64,000 nt of DNA from Octopus sinensis (GCF_006345805.1 NC_043009.1:14074001-14138000); one strand, 5' to 3'; positions 1-12,895 are shown, counted from the stretch's first letter. The notes: generated from the letters alone by a model not told the origin. Numbers and translations: made by a program.

Positions 1-540
1 CGTACGTACATACATACATACATACGTACGTACGTACATACATACATACATACATACATACATACATACATACATACATACATACATACATACGTATGTA
101 CGTACATACATACATACATACATACACACACATACACACATACATACATACGTACATACATACATACATACATACATACGTACGTACGTACATACATACA
201 TACATACATACATACATACATACATACATACGTATGTACGTACATACATACATACATACATACACACACATACACACATACATACATACATACATACATA
301 CATACATACATACATACATACATACATACATACACATACATACATACATACATACATACATACATACATACTTACGTACATACATACATACATACATACA
401 TACATACATACATACATACACACACATACACACACATACACACATACATACATACATACATACATACATACATACATACATACATAAATACGTACGTATT
501 TATATACGTATTTCTGTATATACGTATATATATATATGTA
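1..540. repeat. (TACA)n microsatellite with TACG/CACA variants
   Basis: Direct reading; explains the YIHT/MYVC ORFs. Confidence 0.98.
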
Positions 541-552
541 CATAAATAACAA

Positions 553-739
553 AAAATATCGTGTATATTAGAACACATTAAGAGGCTTCCAAATAGGAAA
601 GCCTTGTGCTAGAAAGAGCAGTAGAAAACTCAAACCACTAATTATGGATAAATTCTGGTTTGAGTTTGCTAGTGCTCTTTCTAGCAGAAGGTTTTCCTAT
701 TGGAGGCCTCTTAATGTGTTCTAATGTACACGATATTTT
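553..739. repeat. Fold-back inverted repeat, ~85-bp arms, ~18-nt loop
   Basis: 553-637 is the near-exact reverse complement of 656-739; flanked by (TACA)n tracts. Confidence 0.92.
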
Positions 740-904
740 ATGTGAATAATATATAGTCTACTGACTATTTTTTTGTGCTAATCCACTAGTAATAATTTCT
801 ATAATTTTTATTACCCTAATATTATGTACATACATACATACATACATACATACATACATACATACATACATACATACATACATACATAGCTGTGTACATA
901 CATA

Positions 905-1085
905 CGTGGACCACCATATTGAAATCAAATGCAAGGAGTGACTGTATTATCACCGATAGAATACAATATCGCAAAGGCATATTCGAAGGAGACAGCCTCT
1001 CTGTGATGTTGTTTATATTTTCTGAAAACCCCTTGTCACTCATGTTAAAGAAATCAGAAGGGTACCTCACTGGCTCACAGGGACA
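905..1085 (+). pseudogene. Non-LTR retrotransposon RT fragment (R4/Dong/NeSL-like)
   Basis: ORF 892-1116 contains IQYRKGIFEGDSLSVMLF, matching the RT GIFQGDSLSPLLF motif. Confidence 0.75.
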
Positions 1086-1089
1086 CAGA

Positions 1090-1209
1090 AGCCAAATCCA
1101 CTCACAAGGCTTTTGACGGCTCGAGGCTATAGTAGGAGACACTTGCCCAAGATGCCGGAACGATGTTGTTGGGAAGCAACTTTCTTACCATACAGCCACT
1201 CCTGCGCCT
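1090..1209 (-). mobile_element. tRNA-derived SINE family B, 5' module (degenerate)
   Basis: Reverse complement of GGCGCAGGAGTGGCTGT...CTTGGGCAAGTGTCT...GCCTTGTGAGTGGATTTGG seen at 56018. Confidence 0.85.
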
Positions 1210-1245
1210 ATACATACATACATACATACATATATATATATATAT

Positions 1246-1301
<56 letters not shown>

Positions 1302-1329
1302 AAATAACCAACAAGGATATCCAGAGGTA

Positions 1330-1420
1330 ATGCAGTTCGATCGTTTCATGTGACTCCATTTAATTGAACAATGAAAATATTACATCAATTTTTAAAATAT
1401 AGAGCAATCTTCGGCTGCAT
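1330..1420 (-). ncRNA. Degenerate minimal hammerhead-ribozyme-like motif
   Basis: Minus strand: ATGCAG-CCGAAGA-(long imperfect stem II)-GAAA-CGATCG-AA-CTGCAT; 6-bp stem I, palindromic stem III, U16.1 replaced by A. Confidence 0.5.
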
Positions 1421-1566
1421 GAAAATATAGAATTTAATTAAATTCGAAGGAATCATTTGTATAATTTTCTTTTTATCCAAAATCACAAAGAGGATAAATA
1501 GATAGACAAAGAACATGTCTTATCAACAACATCACACACACACATATTTATATATATATATTCATA

Positions 1567-1607
<41 letters not shown>

Positions 1608-1826
1608 TATATTATATATATATATATAATGTACTATTGACTATTTATATTTGCATCTAGATACTAATATGTGTATGTTTATTATCACAATATTAAGTTG
1701 AAGAACTGAAACGTTGAATATGAAACATATATATGTTTACTAATTTATATTATTTATTTGCATCATTATGTATATGTATATTTTTATATGTATAGGAGTG
1801 TGAGTATATGCACTCATATGTATATG

Positions 1827-1959
1827 TATATCTCCGAGGAGGCCTTATGATATTTTTGTAAATGTCTCATTTATATCTATATATTGACCTACCATAAAAG
1901 GCTAATATTGGTAAAATGAGACATACTTATCTACATGGCCGAAACAGCTGTAAGATGTA
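1827..1959 (+). ncRNA. Minimal type-I hammerhead-ribozyme-like motif with extended stem II
   Basis: TATATCT-CCGAGGA-GGCC-(~92 nt, internal ATGTCTCATTT/AAATGAGACAT helix)-GGCC-GAAA-CAGCTG-TA-AGATGTA; stems I, II and palindromic III all pair; GUA triplet. Confidence 0.7.
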
Positions 1960-2220
1960 ATCTATACTTATATTTATATTTACTTATATTTATATTCTCT
2001 TTTTTATATATATACTACTTATTATACAACATTACTCTTTTATGTACACTTTTTTATGTACATTCCTTTATGTACACTGTTTTGTTCTGCTTTTTTATGT
2101 TTAACCCTACAGTCTCTTATGTGGTGGTTTAATAATGTATATGATTGAGTATTATCTGGTAATTGATATTTGATTTAGATGTATTTCTCCATTTTCTTAT
2201 CTTGTATATATATATACATA

Positions 2221-2297
<77 letters not shown>

Positions 2298-2323
2298 CAT
2301 ACATATGTGTGTGTGTGTGTGTG

Positions 2324-2577
2324 GAGGCGCAATGGTCCAGTCCGGGCGTTGTGTGTGTTTATTGAGTGAAAACACATAAAGCTCCACAAGGCTCCGGCAG
2401 GGGGTGGCGGTGATCCTGTTGTACTTTTTCGTTCCACCTTCTCTCACTCTTTCTTCCTGTTTCTTGAGTAATACTGTGATGGACTGACGTCTCGTCCAGC
2501 TGGGGGGAACACATACGCCATAGAAACCGGGAAACCGGGCCCACGAGCCTGGTTAGGCTTGAAAAGGGGGCATAAAT
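2324..2577 (+). mobile_element. SINE with V-domain-like centre (family D), partly deleted head
   Basis: GGAGGCGCAATGG start; CTGTGATGGACTGACGTCTCGTCCAG...ATAGAAACCGGGA resembles the V-SINE domain (recalled). Confidence 0.6.
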
Positions 2578-2591
2578 AAGTAAATAATTAA

Positions 2592-2644
<53 letters not shown>

Positions 2645-2647
<3 letters not shown>

Positions 2648-2776
2648 AGAGTTTTACGAAAAAAACAAAACACTAAGACAGGTGGTGTACAAAACAAACA
2701 GTATAACGCTCAGGAATAGAAAAAGTCCTTTACGTTTCGAGCCTACGCTCTTCTACAGAAAGGGACACAGAAAACA
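2645..2776 (-). repeat. Short interspersed repeat family X with hammerhead-like motif (copy 1 of 3)
   Basis: Homologous to ~8875-9042 and ~36323-36470; minus strand CTGTAGA-A-GAGC-GTAG-GCTC-GAAA-CG-TA. Confidence 0.8.
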
Positions 2777-2954
2777 ATATACATATATATACAAGTAAAT
2801 GCCATAAACCTCATTAAGGGATAACAACTCCAATGAAAATACTGGTTAGTTTCTAAATAATAGATAGTTCAACTATGAAGTAATCATATAAACCGTGGTT
2901 CATATATTGTTTATATATTTAAAGAATATGGAGAAAACAGACAGACAGATAGGC

Positions 2955-3054
<100 letters not shown>

Positions 3055-3208
3055 GATACATTATATAAAAGGGCTTAGTAAAATAAATTACTTTGCCACA
3101 ATAATTTGAATTCGCCTTAAATGGTCCCTTTACATACTGAATACTTGGTGAAATTGATTAATAATTAATTAATTTTACCCTCAATTGTTGAAATATATAT
3201 ATATATAT

Positions 3209-3210
<2 letters not shown>

Positions 3211-3272
<62 letters not shown>

Positions 3273-3311
3273 ATCAATAGATAGATAGATAGATAGATAG
3301 ATAGATTGATG

Positions 3312-3383
<72 letters not shown>
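3211..3383. repeat. (GATA)n microsatellite
   Basis: Direct reading. Confidence 0.97.
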
Positions 3384-3384
<1 letters not shown>

Positions 3385-3471
3385 GGAGGTTTATCAGATA
3401 ATGATCAGTGAAAGTCTTGTGAGTGGATTTGGTAGATGGAAACTGAAAGAAGCCTATCGTATTTATATATA

Positions 3472-3981
3472 TCTATATATATATATAAAACTGTAGTTGT
3501 GTGAGTGTCTGTCCCCTTCGATTTAGATTCCTAACTACTCCCACATTTTGCGGTGCAGTTTAACCAAATTCGGGTATCTTATAGTCGTGATTCATATCGA
3601 GCCCGTCTGACTATTAGCGCGCGTCAACGATGAGTCTACGATTTTAAAAATAATTTAACATCATTTTTTATTCCATTTTAATGCATAAAATGCATCGTGT
3701 GTCGATGGCGGCGGAGTTGGCGTCCACGCTCACAGCTGCACCTGTTTGCTTCTCCCCCTTCCCTCCCTCGTGAAGCTGTGGGGAAGGGAGTGTAAAGAAA
3801 TCAACGTCGTAATGCGTTGTGAAGGAAACCAGCGTTCTTTTAGAACAACGACTTCATGGCTTGAAGACACGAAAACAAAAATGGCTAAGAAAGCCCGAAT
3901 TTATAAGGGAAGTAACTCTCTAAAAATGCTTATATAGTTATTTCCCTTACAAACCCGAGCAACGCCGGGCGATACTGCTAG
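3472..3981 (+). mobile_element. Non-autonomous Helitron
   Basis: 5' TC after A; 3' hairpin CCCGAGCAACGCCGGG then CTAG followed by T; no TSD; sits in the TA spacer of a family B SINE. Confidence 0.8.
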
Positions 3982-4129
3982 TATATATATATATATTCAT
4001 GTTTATATATATTTTAAATACACACAGACATACATATACATATATATTATGTATATATATATATAGAGAGAGAGACAGACAGACAGATAGTCAGAGTGAG
4101 ATAGAGAGATGCATTTGTGCATGTGTTCT

Positions 4130-4325
4130 TTCCCTCCACTTCCACCATCACTTGACAATCGATGTTGGTGCGTTTACGTTCCCGTAACTTAGCGTTTCGG
4201 CCAAAGACACCGATATAATAAGTACTTGGCTTACGAGGAATAAATCCTTGAGTCGATTTGTTCTACTAAAGGCGGTGTTCCAGCATGGCTGCAGTCAAAA
4301 TAACTGAAAGAAGTAAAAGAAAAGA
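4130..4325 (+). mobile_element. SINE family B, 3' module
   Basis: CTTGACAATCGATGTTGGTG...GGCGGTGTTCCAGCATGGCTGCAGTC...AAGTAAAAGA, homologous to 56220-56415. Confidence 0.85.
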
Positions 4326-4484
4326 AAAGGAACATCCCAAACGCCCCAAAATAATTTCAATATTATGTGTTTAAAATGAAACTTTATAATCTTTTAACCT
4401 TTACATACATTTAAACATTGCAAGCAACCTAGCTGTGGCAGAACCGAAGTTTCTATACATACAGGCTCAGACGTGACATTGCGG

Positions 4485-4868
4485 AGGCGCAGGCGTGACT
4501 GAGAGGTATGAAGCTTGCTTCCCAACCACATGTCTTCGGGTTCAGTCCCACTGCGTGGCACCTTGGGTAAGTGTCTTTTACTATAGCCTCGGGCCGACCA
4601 AAGCATTGTGAGTAGATTTGGTGGACGGAAACTGCGAGAAGCCCGTGGTATATATACATATGCCTAGGTATTGATGTGTGTTTTTTTTTCCAACTGCCAT
4701 CGCTTGACAACCGATGCTGGTGTGTTTATGTCCTCGTAATCTAGCGGTTCAGCACAAGAGACCGAAATCATAAGTACTAGGCTCACAGAGAATACGTCCT
4801 GGAATCGATTTTTTCAAGGCAGTGCTCCAGCATGGCTGAATTCAAATATCGGAAATAAATAAAAGAAT
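4485..4868 (+). mobile_element. SINE family B, composite copy (tRNA head, TA/TG spacer, 3' module)
   Basis: Same bipartite layout as 56018-56415 and 49408-49806. Confidence 0.88.
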
Positions 4869-4878
4869 ACAATATATA

Positions 4879-5100
4879 TTTCTTTACTACCCACAAGGGG
4901 CTAAACACAGAGGGGACAAACAAGGACAGACAAAAGGATTAAGTCGATTACATCGACCCCAGTGCGTAACTGGTACTTAATTTATCGACCCCGAAATGCA
5001 AAGTCGACCTCGGCGGAATTTGAACCCAGAACGTAATGGCAGACGAAATACGGCTACGCATTTCGCCCGGCGTGCTAACGTTTCTGCCAGCTCGTCGCCT
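4879..5100 (-). mobile_element. tRNA-derived SINE family A (Deu/Nin-domain-like centre)
   Basis: Near full-length copy; 15-bp TSD TAAAAGAATACAATA at 4860-4874 and 5102-5116. Confidence 0.92.
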
Positions 5101-5183
5101 TTAAAAGAATACAATACGTATATATAAGCTCTAGCTTGACTTACGCGCACATACACACACACACGCACACAGACACACACACA

Positions 5184-5248
<65 letters not shown>

Positions 5249-5900
5249 TCTCTCACACACACACTGGTACATATGTACTATTTCCAGCTTTCTCACAATA
5301 TCACTTTTTTTCTAGTTCCTTTTATTCCTGGTTGAATTCCTCTTATCTCTCACTGCTTGTATCTTCACGTATATACATATATGAGCGTGTGTCATATATT
5401 TGCGCGAAGACCATCATCCTCGACCTTGAGGGATTGCCATCATCATCAATGTGTATCTTATTCTTTTTATTTACTTCTTTGCTCTCTCCCTCTCTCCCTC
5501 TCTCTCTCTCTCTCTATCCCTCTCTCTATCCCTCATCTCTGTTTTTACTCCTCCCTGTATTTCTTCTATAAGCTATTTCCCAACCACACACCAAAGGTCT
5601 CGTTATAATCCCGTAATAAATAAGAACTTCATTAACAGTTTTATTGTTTTATAGCAAACCCTAACACCCAGTTTCGTTGATCGGAAGTGGTTAAGTCCCA
5701 CCAACTGCTGATACATACGGAAACAAGAAGATGAAATAGAATTTTGGGGAGACTTTCTCACATCAATGTCTTAAGAACTTGTTATGGTTGACACCTCACC
5801 TACACCTTCGGTTTTTATTTCTGTCTAGTCTCAGTCTGGACAGAATCACTTTGGACGCTGAAGACTTTCACTGATCATTTATCTGATAAACCTTCTTATA

Positions 5901-5965
<65 letters not shown>

Positions 5966-6133
5966 CTCCTTCTGTGTTTCTCTTTATATTTCTCTGTTTC
6001 TACGTCTGTCTGTCAGTCTACCTCCCTATCTTCCTGTCTCCCACTTTCTTTCTCTCTCTCTCTCCGTCACACACACACACATAGACACCGGATTGCCCTC
6101 TTGACTTCAGGAAATCAAACAATCCATTTATGC

Positions 6134-6241
<108 letters not shown>

Positions 6242-6861
6242 GTCTGTCAGTCATTTTGCCTGTCTGTCTTTTTGCCTGTCTGTCTGTCTGTCTGTCTGTC
6301 TGCTTTTCTCTCTCTTGTGACAAGACGAGTCCTTAGCATAATGTTGAATTCGTGCGGGGGTGGGGGTCTTTCAGATATCAATCGCTTCTGAACCATAATG
6401 AACCAATGAAGCCGATACTTAGATTCGAACCAGCATTCGAAAGTTACGAAATCCAGTCATTATAAAATGCTAGTCAAATACAAAGGCCGATATAATCAAC
6501 TGTACCCCAACTTTTTTCAAATTTTATTACTTTCTGTCTATCAATATGGTTTTGTGTTTGAACAAGTAAATACTTTATCTTGAATATACACATGACTATG
6601 ATAAGTTTAGTATCTACGTTTGGGAGTGTCTCTAGTTGTGGTTGTTGTTCTTGGTATTTCTGCTGCGCTGTTACTTAACTATGGGACAGCTTTGTGCAGA
6701 CATTATAATCAAAAGCATTGTAGTTATAATAATTTCAGATATTCAACCAGTTTTGTCTTATATTATCCATACAATTTTGGAATTCAATTTTCTACTCAAT
6801 ATTATTGCTTTTTCATTCTTATTTCAAAATCTTTTGTCTTCGAATTTTAAACATGAGAATG

Positions 6862-7072
6862 GGGGTGCGTGGTTTTATGCTTAGGGTATTCGGTTCATGA
6901 TGAGAAGGTCGTGAGTTCGATTCCAAGCAGTTCGTTGTGTCCTTGAGCAAGACACTTTCACGTTGCTCCAGTTCATTAAGCCAGTAAAAATCAGTCGTAC
7001 CTGTATTTTGAAGGGCCAGCCTTGTCGCGTTCTGTTTCACGCTGAGTCTTCCTGAGAACTATGCTAAAGGTA
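6862..7072 (+). mobile_element. tRNA-derived SINE family C
   Basis: B box GTTCGATTCC followed by GTGTCCTTGAGCAAGACACTT central motif. Confidence 0.7.
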
Positions 7073-7200
7073 CCCGGGACCTTTTCTGTTTGGCTGCCAC
7101 TTATCAATTTCTTCAATTTTCTTCTAATTAAGTTCATATTTGGTGTACGGAAGTAGTTTTGTAGGGTAATCATTGACATCAAATTCATTTTCCCCATAAA

Positions 7201-8560
7201 TCTAATATAATAAATGCGAATGTCAGTGTGTCAGTGTGTCACACTTTTTAAACTTTATTCCCTCAGGCCGTTGCCCAACATATCATACCATTTTGAAATC
7301 ATGCCGACTCCATGAGTAAATTAAAAACATTCCGGGCCGAATACGGACACGCAATCTTGAACTGTTAGATTCCCAAATTTTCATTATGGTCGTACAAAAA
7401 ATAAAAATTAAAGTGAGATAACTAATAAAAAAAGCAAAGGGAAAGAAGTGAACTTACTTAACTTTGCCAAAACGAGTTTACACCAAACCAAAATTAGTTT
7501 AGTTTGGAATTGGAAATCCTCAATCGCGAAACAATGTTAGAAGAATCGTGGAATATTACTAAATTTGCAGAATCAGGTAGGCGAGCTGGCTGAAACGTTA
7601 ACACGCTGGGCGAAATGCGTAGCCGTATTTCATCTGCCGTTACGTTCTGAGTTCAAATTCCGCTGAGGTCGACTTTGCCTTTCATCCTTTCGGGGTCGAT
7701 AAATTAAGTACCAGTTACGCACTGGGGTCAATGTAATCGACTTAATCCGTTTGTCTGTCCTTGTTTGTCCCCTCTGTGTATAGCCCCTTGTGGGTAGTAA
7801 AGAAATAGAATCAGGCAACCATATTCTTCAATGGTTGGCACAGCACCGTTTAATTATGAACAGGTACACCTGTGAATATTGCAATTCATCATGTGGCCTT
7901 TCCACACGTGATGACATTATTGACAAAAAAGTTTGACAGAAGCCATGTGCCCCTGTATAACATCCTTTTAATCAATTATTGTTGGTCACGCGATATGTCG
8001 TAAAATGATACAATTCATGAATCTTCTATACAAAGTTGAATTACGATCGTAGCTTGGGGTGATTTCTGTCGAACAGTATATGATGATTGACTCAAACAGA
8101 ATTCAGTGCAAATCGACGGCATTGATGCTAATGGGCAACCAGTCGTTGTGGAGATAGTTCAAAAGGCTCCAGTTTCCAATATGAGTGAGTTGTGCACTGT
8201 GAATCAATAGGCCTCAAGTCAATAATTGGAACCTTACTTTTCTCACGGCCAGTTCTATGTTAGTTGTCCATGGGCTGGGAATGGAAACAAGCTATTTATA
8301 CTGACCCCGAATGGGAAGACCAAAAAGGTTTACCACGAAGCTTTGCAATGAATTCCAAACAGGCAAATTATATCATTGTTTTGATGAAAACTGATAACTG
8401 TTTGTAAAAATATTGTTCAAGTTTAATAAAATTTAACCTGTACTCAATGCATGAAGTGTCATTGTTGGACCTAAGGTCCGATGAAGAACCCCCCGCAGGA
8501 GCTAGCTTAAAAGCCGTCCGATTGAGTTGATAGCTTTTAAAATTTGCAAGTTTTAGGCAG
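7201..8560 (+). mobile_element. Helitron deletion derivative with RepHel helicase C-terminal remnant
   Basis: 5' TCTAATATAATAAATGCGAATGT; 8229-8351 translates EPYFSHGQFYVSCPWAGNGNKLFIL...KVYHEALQ*, matching PIF1-like FSHGQLYVACSRV; 3' boundary uncertain. Confidence 0.72.
7578..7805 (+). mobile_element. SINE family A nested in the Helitron
   Basis: Full-length copy; AGAATCAGG duplicated on both sides (7569, 7807). Confidence 0.92.
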
Positions 8561-8874
8561 CTAAACAGTAAATATTCCTATCTAAGACTAAGCTGAGCAA
8601 TGCATCCTTTCTGTTTGAAGGAGAGTATGATTTAAGTGAATTTAACTGGTGTATTTAACGGATCGAGCAAAGAGGTAGCGGAACCAAGGCTGTAATTTAT
8701 GGGGTAGCACGTCATTTTGATGGTTAATGGCTGTTACTTCATCAGTGTCAAGTTGTATAATGGTGGTATTAAAGTGGTGCTGGCAAAGGAGAGCTAGGAA
8801 TAACTGTGGTAGTCGTCGGTTCGGTAAGCAGAAATATCTGAAGAAAGCAGACAGACATGTGTGCATGTATCTAT

Positions 8875-9042
8875 AGTGAGAATTAAAAAAAAAAAACAAC
8901 AAAAAAGCAAAAAAAACAAAACAAAACAAAAGACGAAGACGGGTGTGTAAACAACAAACAGATGTATTAGTTTAAAGCTCGGGAAGTGAGAAAGTCTTTT
9001 ACGTTTCAAGCCTACGCTCTTCGACAGAAAGGAACACAGAAA
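8875..9042 (-). repeat. Repeat family X (copy 2)
   Basis: Homologous to 2645-2776; minus strand CTGTCGA-A-GAGC-GTAG-GCTT-GAAA-CG-TA-AAAG. Confidence 0.8.
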
Positions 9043-9053
9043 TAATGTTGCAC

Positions 9054-9100
<47 letters not shown>

Positions 9101-9102
<2 letters not shown>

Positions 9103-9249
9103 CAAAACTGTCCGACGAACGGTAACGTGAAACTCCGAGTAACAGGTTTTGTTGAATTTCTGCTGCTTTTAAATAAAGCATATTACTCTACCCCTGGTAT
9201 CTGAGTACTCTTTTTTTCCACCTTGTTTCACATTTATGTGTTTACTCCG

Positions 9250-9250
<1 letters not shown>
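9101..9250 (+). ncRNA. Repeat family Y with minimal hammerhead motif (9101-9153)
   Basis: AACAAAACTGT-CCGACGA-ACG-GTAA-CGT-GAAA-CTC-C-GAG-TA-ACAGGTTTTGTT; homologous to 49141-49288; bounded by (TA)n. Confidence 0.75.
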
Positions 9251-9318
<68 letters not shown>

Positions 9319-9489
9319 CCTGTACAAATGTATACCGGTATATAGGTGTGCTTGTGTACGTGTATACATGTCCATATATCTTTCACTCTCCCTCTGAACA
9401 CACACATGCACACACACACACATATACACTCACGAGTAAGCACATACATGCAAAACTAGGTGGAAAAAATAGTACTCGAATACCAAAGA

Positions 9490-11983
9490 CAGAGATTTAG
9501 GGACATCTTAACTGAGAAATTTGACGAGGAGGAGGAGGAACTACAGACTTGTAACATAGATGGCAACTGAGAATTCCTGCGGGACAGCTTGCTGAGAGCC
9601 ACAGACCAAACCTGCGGCTGGTGCAAAGTCCCAACCAGACCTAGGGTGACGTGGCGGTGGAGTGATGCTGTAGACAAGGCCATTGGAGCAAAGAAGCGGG
9701 CCTGGAAGGATTGGAAGAGTGGTGGTAGCAGGGAAACTATATGAATGTAGAGGACTCATGGGAGAGGGAGAGTCTGCCAAATGTGGACCCAACTGAGGGA
9801 CCAGCAATCCGAATAAACAGTAGCATGGTAGACAAAGCCATGAAGGATATGAAAATGGGAAAAACCTCTGGCCTGTCTGGAATAACCGCTGAGATGCTTG
9901 AAATATCTGGTAGTGTGGGTTATGGTCTAGTCACCCGTATAGTTAATCAGGTTTTACACGAAGGTGTCATATCCAATGACTGGTGTAGCAGCACCATGAT
10001 CAACTGCTACAAAGGTAAATGTGATGCCTTAGATAGAAATAATTACAGAGGTATCAAATTGTTGGATCAGGTGATGAAAGTTACTAAGAGGGTCGTAGCC
10101 CAATTAAGGAGAGACTTAGTTTAGATGAGATGCAGTTTGGTTTTGTGCCAGGAAGAAGCACCACTGATGCTATATTTCTGGTAAGGCAGCTGCAGAAGTA
10201 CCAAGCCAAAGACAAACCTCTGTGCTTAGCTTTCGTTAACGCAGAGAAAGTCTTTGACAGGGTCCACCACTGCCGTATCTGGTGTTCAGTGCGGAAACTA
10301 GGGATAGATGAGTGGTTGGTGAGAGCTGTACAAGCCATGTACAAGGATGTTGTCAGTAAGGTGATGGTATAGCGATGAATTCAAGGTACAAGTAGGGGTT
10401 CACCAAGGATCAGTCCTCAGCTCCCTCTTGTTCATCATAGACCTCCAGGCAATAACAGAGGAATTGAATACTAGCCGCCCCTTGGAGCTTCTCTACGCCG
10501 ATGACATTGTTCTTATTGCTGAAACACTACCAGAACTAGAAAAGAAGTTTCAGGTGCGGAAGCAAGGTCTAGAATCGAAGGGCATTAGAGTTAACCTAGT
10601 AAATACCAAAGTCTTAATAAGAAAGCAGACAAATTACAAATTCCCTCACGTAGATGACCCTGCTCGCTCTGTAGAAAAGGCATAGGCAGAAATTCCATAA
10701 GATGTACCCGGTGCAAGCTACGGACACAAAAGAGATGCAACAATATCGGGGGAAGATTAACTGGGATAATAACTTTTGTGTGTGAAATGTTCTCAGGAGA
10801 ATAAACACTAAAATATACAGAAAATAGCCTCCATCAAATGCCAATGAGGGTAAGCTAGAGGTAGTTGATAGCTTCTATTATCTAGGTGACCAAATCAGTA
10901 GCGAAGGTGGATGTTCTGAGAGCGTAGCTGCAAGAAGAGAATAGGCTGGGCAAAGTTCAGAGAGCTCCTACCTCTATTGGTAACAAAAAGCCTCACTCTC
11001 AGAGTGAAAGGCAGACCGTATGATGCCTGTGTACGAACATCTGTGCTACATGACAGTGAAACATGGCATGTGACCACTGATAACATACGTAGGCGTAAAA
11101 GAAATGAAATTAGTATGCTTTGTTAGATGTGCAATGTCAGTGTGCATGTACAACAGAGTGTAAACGTCTTGAGAGAAAAGCAGGGCATAAGCAGAATCAG
11201 ATGTGCTGTGCAAGAGAGACAACAGCGCTGGTATGGTCGTGTGATGTGTATGGACGAGGACGGCTGTGTAAAGAAGTGCCGATCTCTAACTGTGGAGGGA
11301 ACTTGTGGAAAAGGTAAACTCAGGAAGATATGGAACAAGCTGGTGAAGCATGATCTTGGAACGTTGGGCCTCACGGAGGCAATGGCTAGTGACCGAGACT
11401 TTTGGGGATATGCTGTGCTTGAGAAGACCAATCAATCTAAGGGAAACAGTAGTCGAGGCCGATGACAGTGTCACGTAATTGGCAGCCGGTAGCACGTAAA
11501 AAGCACCTTTCGAGCCTCACGGAAGCAATGTGGCCGATCCCGATGCCGGTGGCACGGAAAAAGCACCTGTTGAGTGTTGGGCCGCACGGAGGCAATGTGA
11601 CCGATACCGGTGCTGTATAACTGGCGACTGTGCTCTTGGCACGTAAAAAGCACTCTCCGAGCGTTGGGCCCCAGGGAGGCATCTGGCACCCATGCTGGTG
11701 GAACGTAAAAGCACATTTCGAGTGCTGGGCCTCATGTAGGCAATGACAAATGATCGTGACCTTTGGTTATATGCCGTGCTTGAGAAGAAAACTCATCAAG
11801 CCAAGATGTTGTGGCGGATACAGGTGTCACCTAAAAACACCTACTACACTCTCGGAATGGCTGGCGTAGAAACCATGCCAAATCAGACTTGAGTCCGATG
11901 GAGCCTCTCAGCTTACCAACCCTGGTCAAAACCGCCCAACCTATGCCACAATGGACAACGGACGTTAAAAGATGCTGATGATT
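9490..11983 (+). mobile_element. 5'-truncated, decayed RTE-clade LINE
   Basis: Frameshifted RT: NNYRGIKLL, MQFGFVPGRSTTDAIF, GVHQGSVLS, LLYADD, RWYGRV; tandem-repeat 3' region; GAT-type tail. Confidence 0.93.
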
Positions 11984-12019
11984 AATATATATATTTATGT
12001 ATATATATATATATGTGTG

Positions 12020-12109
<90 letters not shown>

Positions 12110-12849
12110 TTGATATAGATATATATATATACATATATATATGCATACACGTACTCGGGGAAAGAGAGTGAAAGAGAAAGAGAGAGAAAGAGAAAGAGAG
12201 GGAGACACCCCTACACACGTATATACACGTACGTATATGGTGATACATATGTACGTATAATTACATACGCACACACAACCGCAAACATACATATACTTAT
12301 CTGTTTATGTGTGCATGTATATATGTGTGTGTGTGTGTGTATGTGCGGTTGCGTGTGCCTGTTAGTATGTCTATGTAAGTATGTATATTCCTATGTATGT
12401 GCGTTTATGTATGTATAGCATGGCCGGAATAGCGGTGGCTGTGGACTAGTAAGGGGCGGCGGAGGACGGGAAAAAACTGTTTTATTTGAGAAACGATTTA
12501 AGTTGATCTGAGAGAACGAAGTGGTTTTATTGCGCCATAAAGTGGAGCCGGTCTGGTGGGGTGAGATGAGTGGAAGTTGTGTGAAGATGGCGGCGGTGGG
12601 GTGATAGCGTGGCGACATCACAGAAAGCGGGTGGCAGGGTGGCTGCAAGGATAGATACTGTGTGTGTGAAAGTGTGTATGTGTGTATATGTGTGTGATTG
12701 CACACACACATGTATAAATACAGTATACACACATATATAAATACGCATCCATACACATTCACACACATAATGTACTTGCGTAGATGTGTGTGTGTATGAG
12801 TTCGTATATACACACACATACATACTTACATACATACATACATACATAC

Positions 12850-12895
<46 letters not shown>

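Noticed and set aside
1698-1720. TTGAAGA-ACT-GAAACGTT
   Set aside because: No stem II or convincing stem I; may be chance.
11490-11750. CRISPR-like repeat/spacer appearance
   Set aside because: Units are degenerate, the intervening sequences are homologous to each other, context is a eukaryotic LINE, and there are no cas genes.
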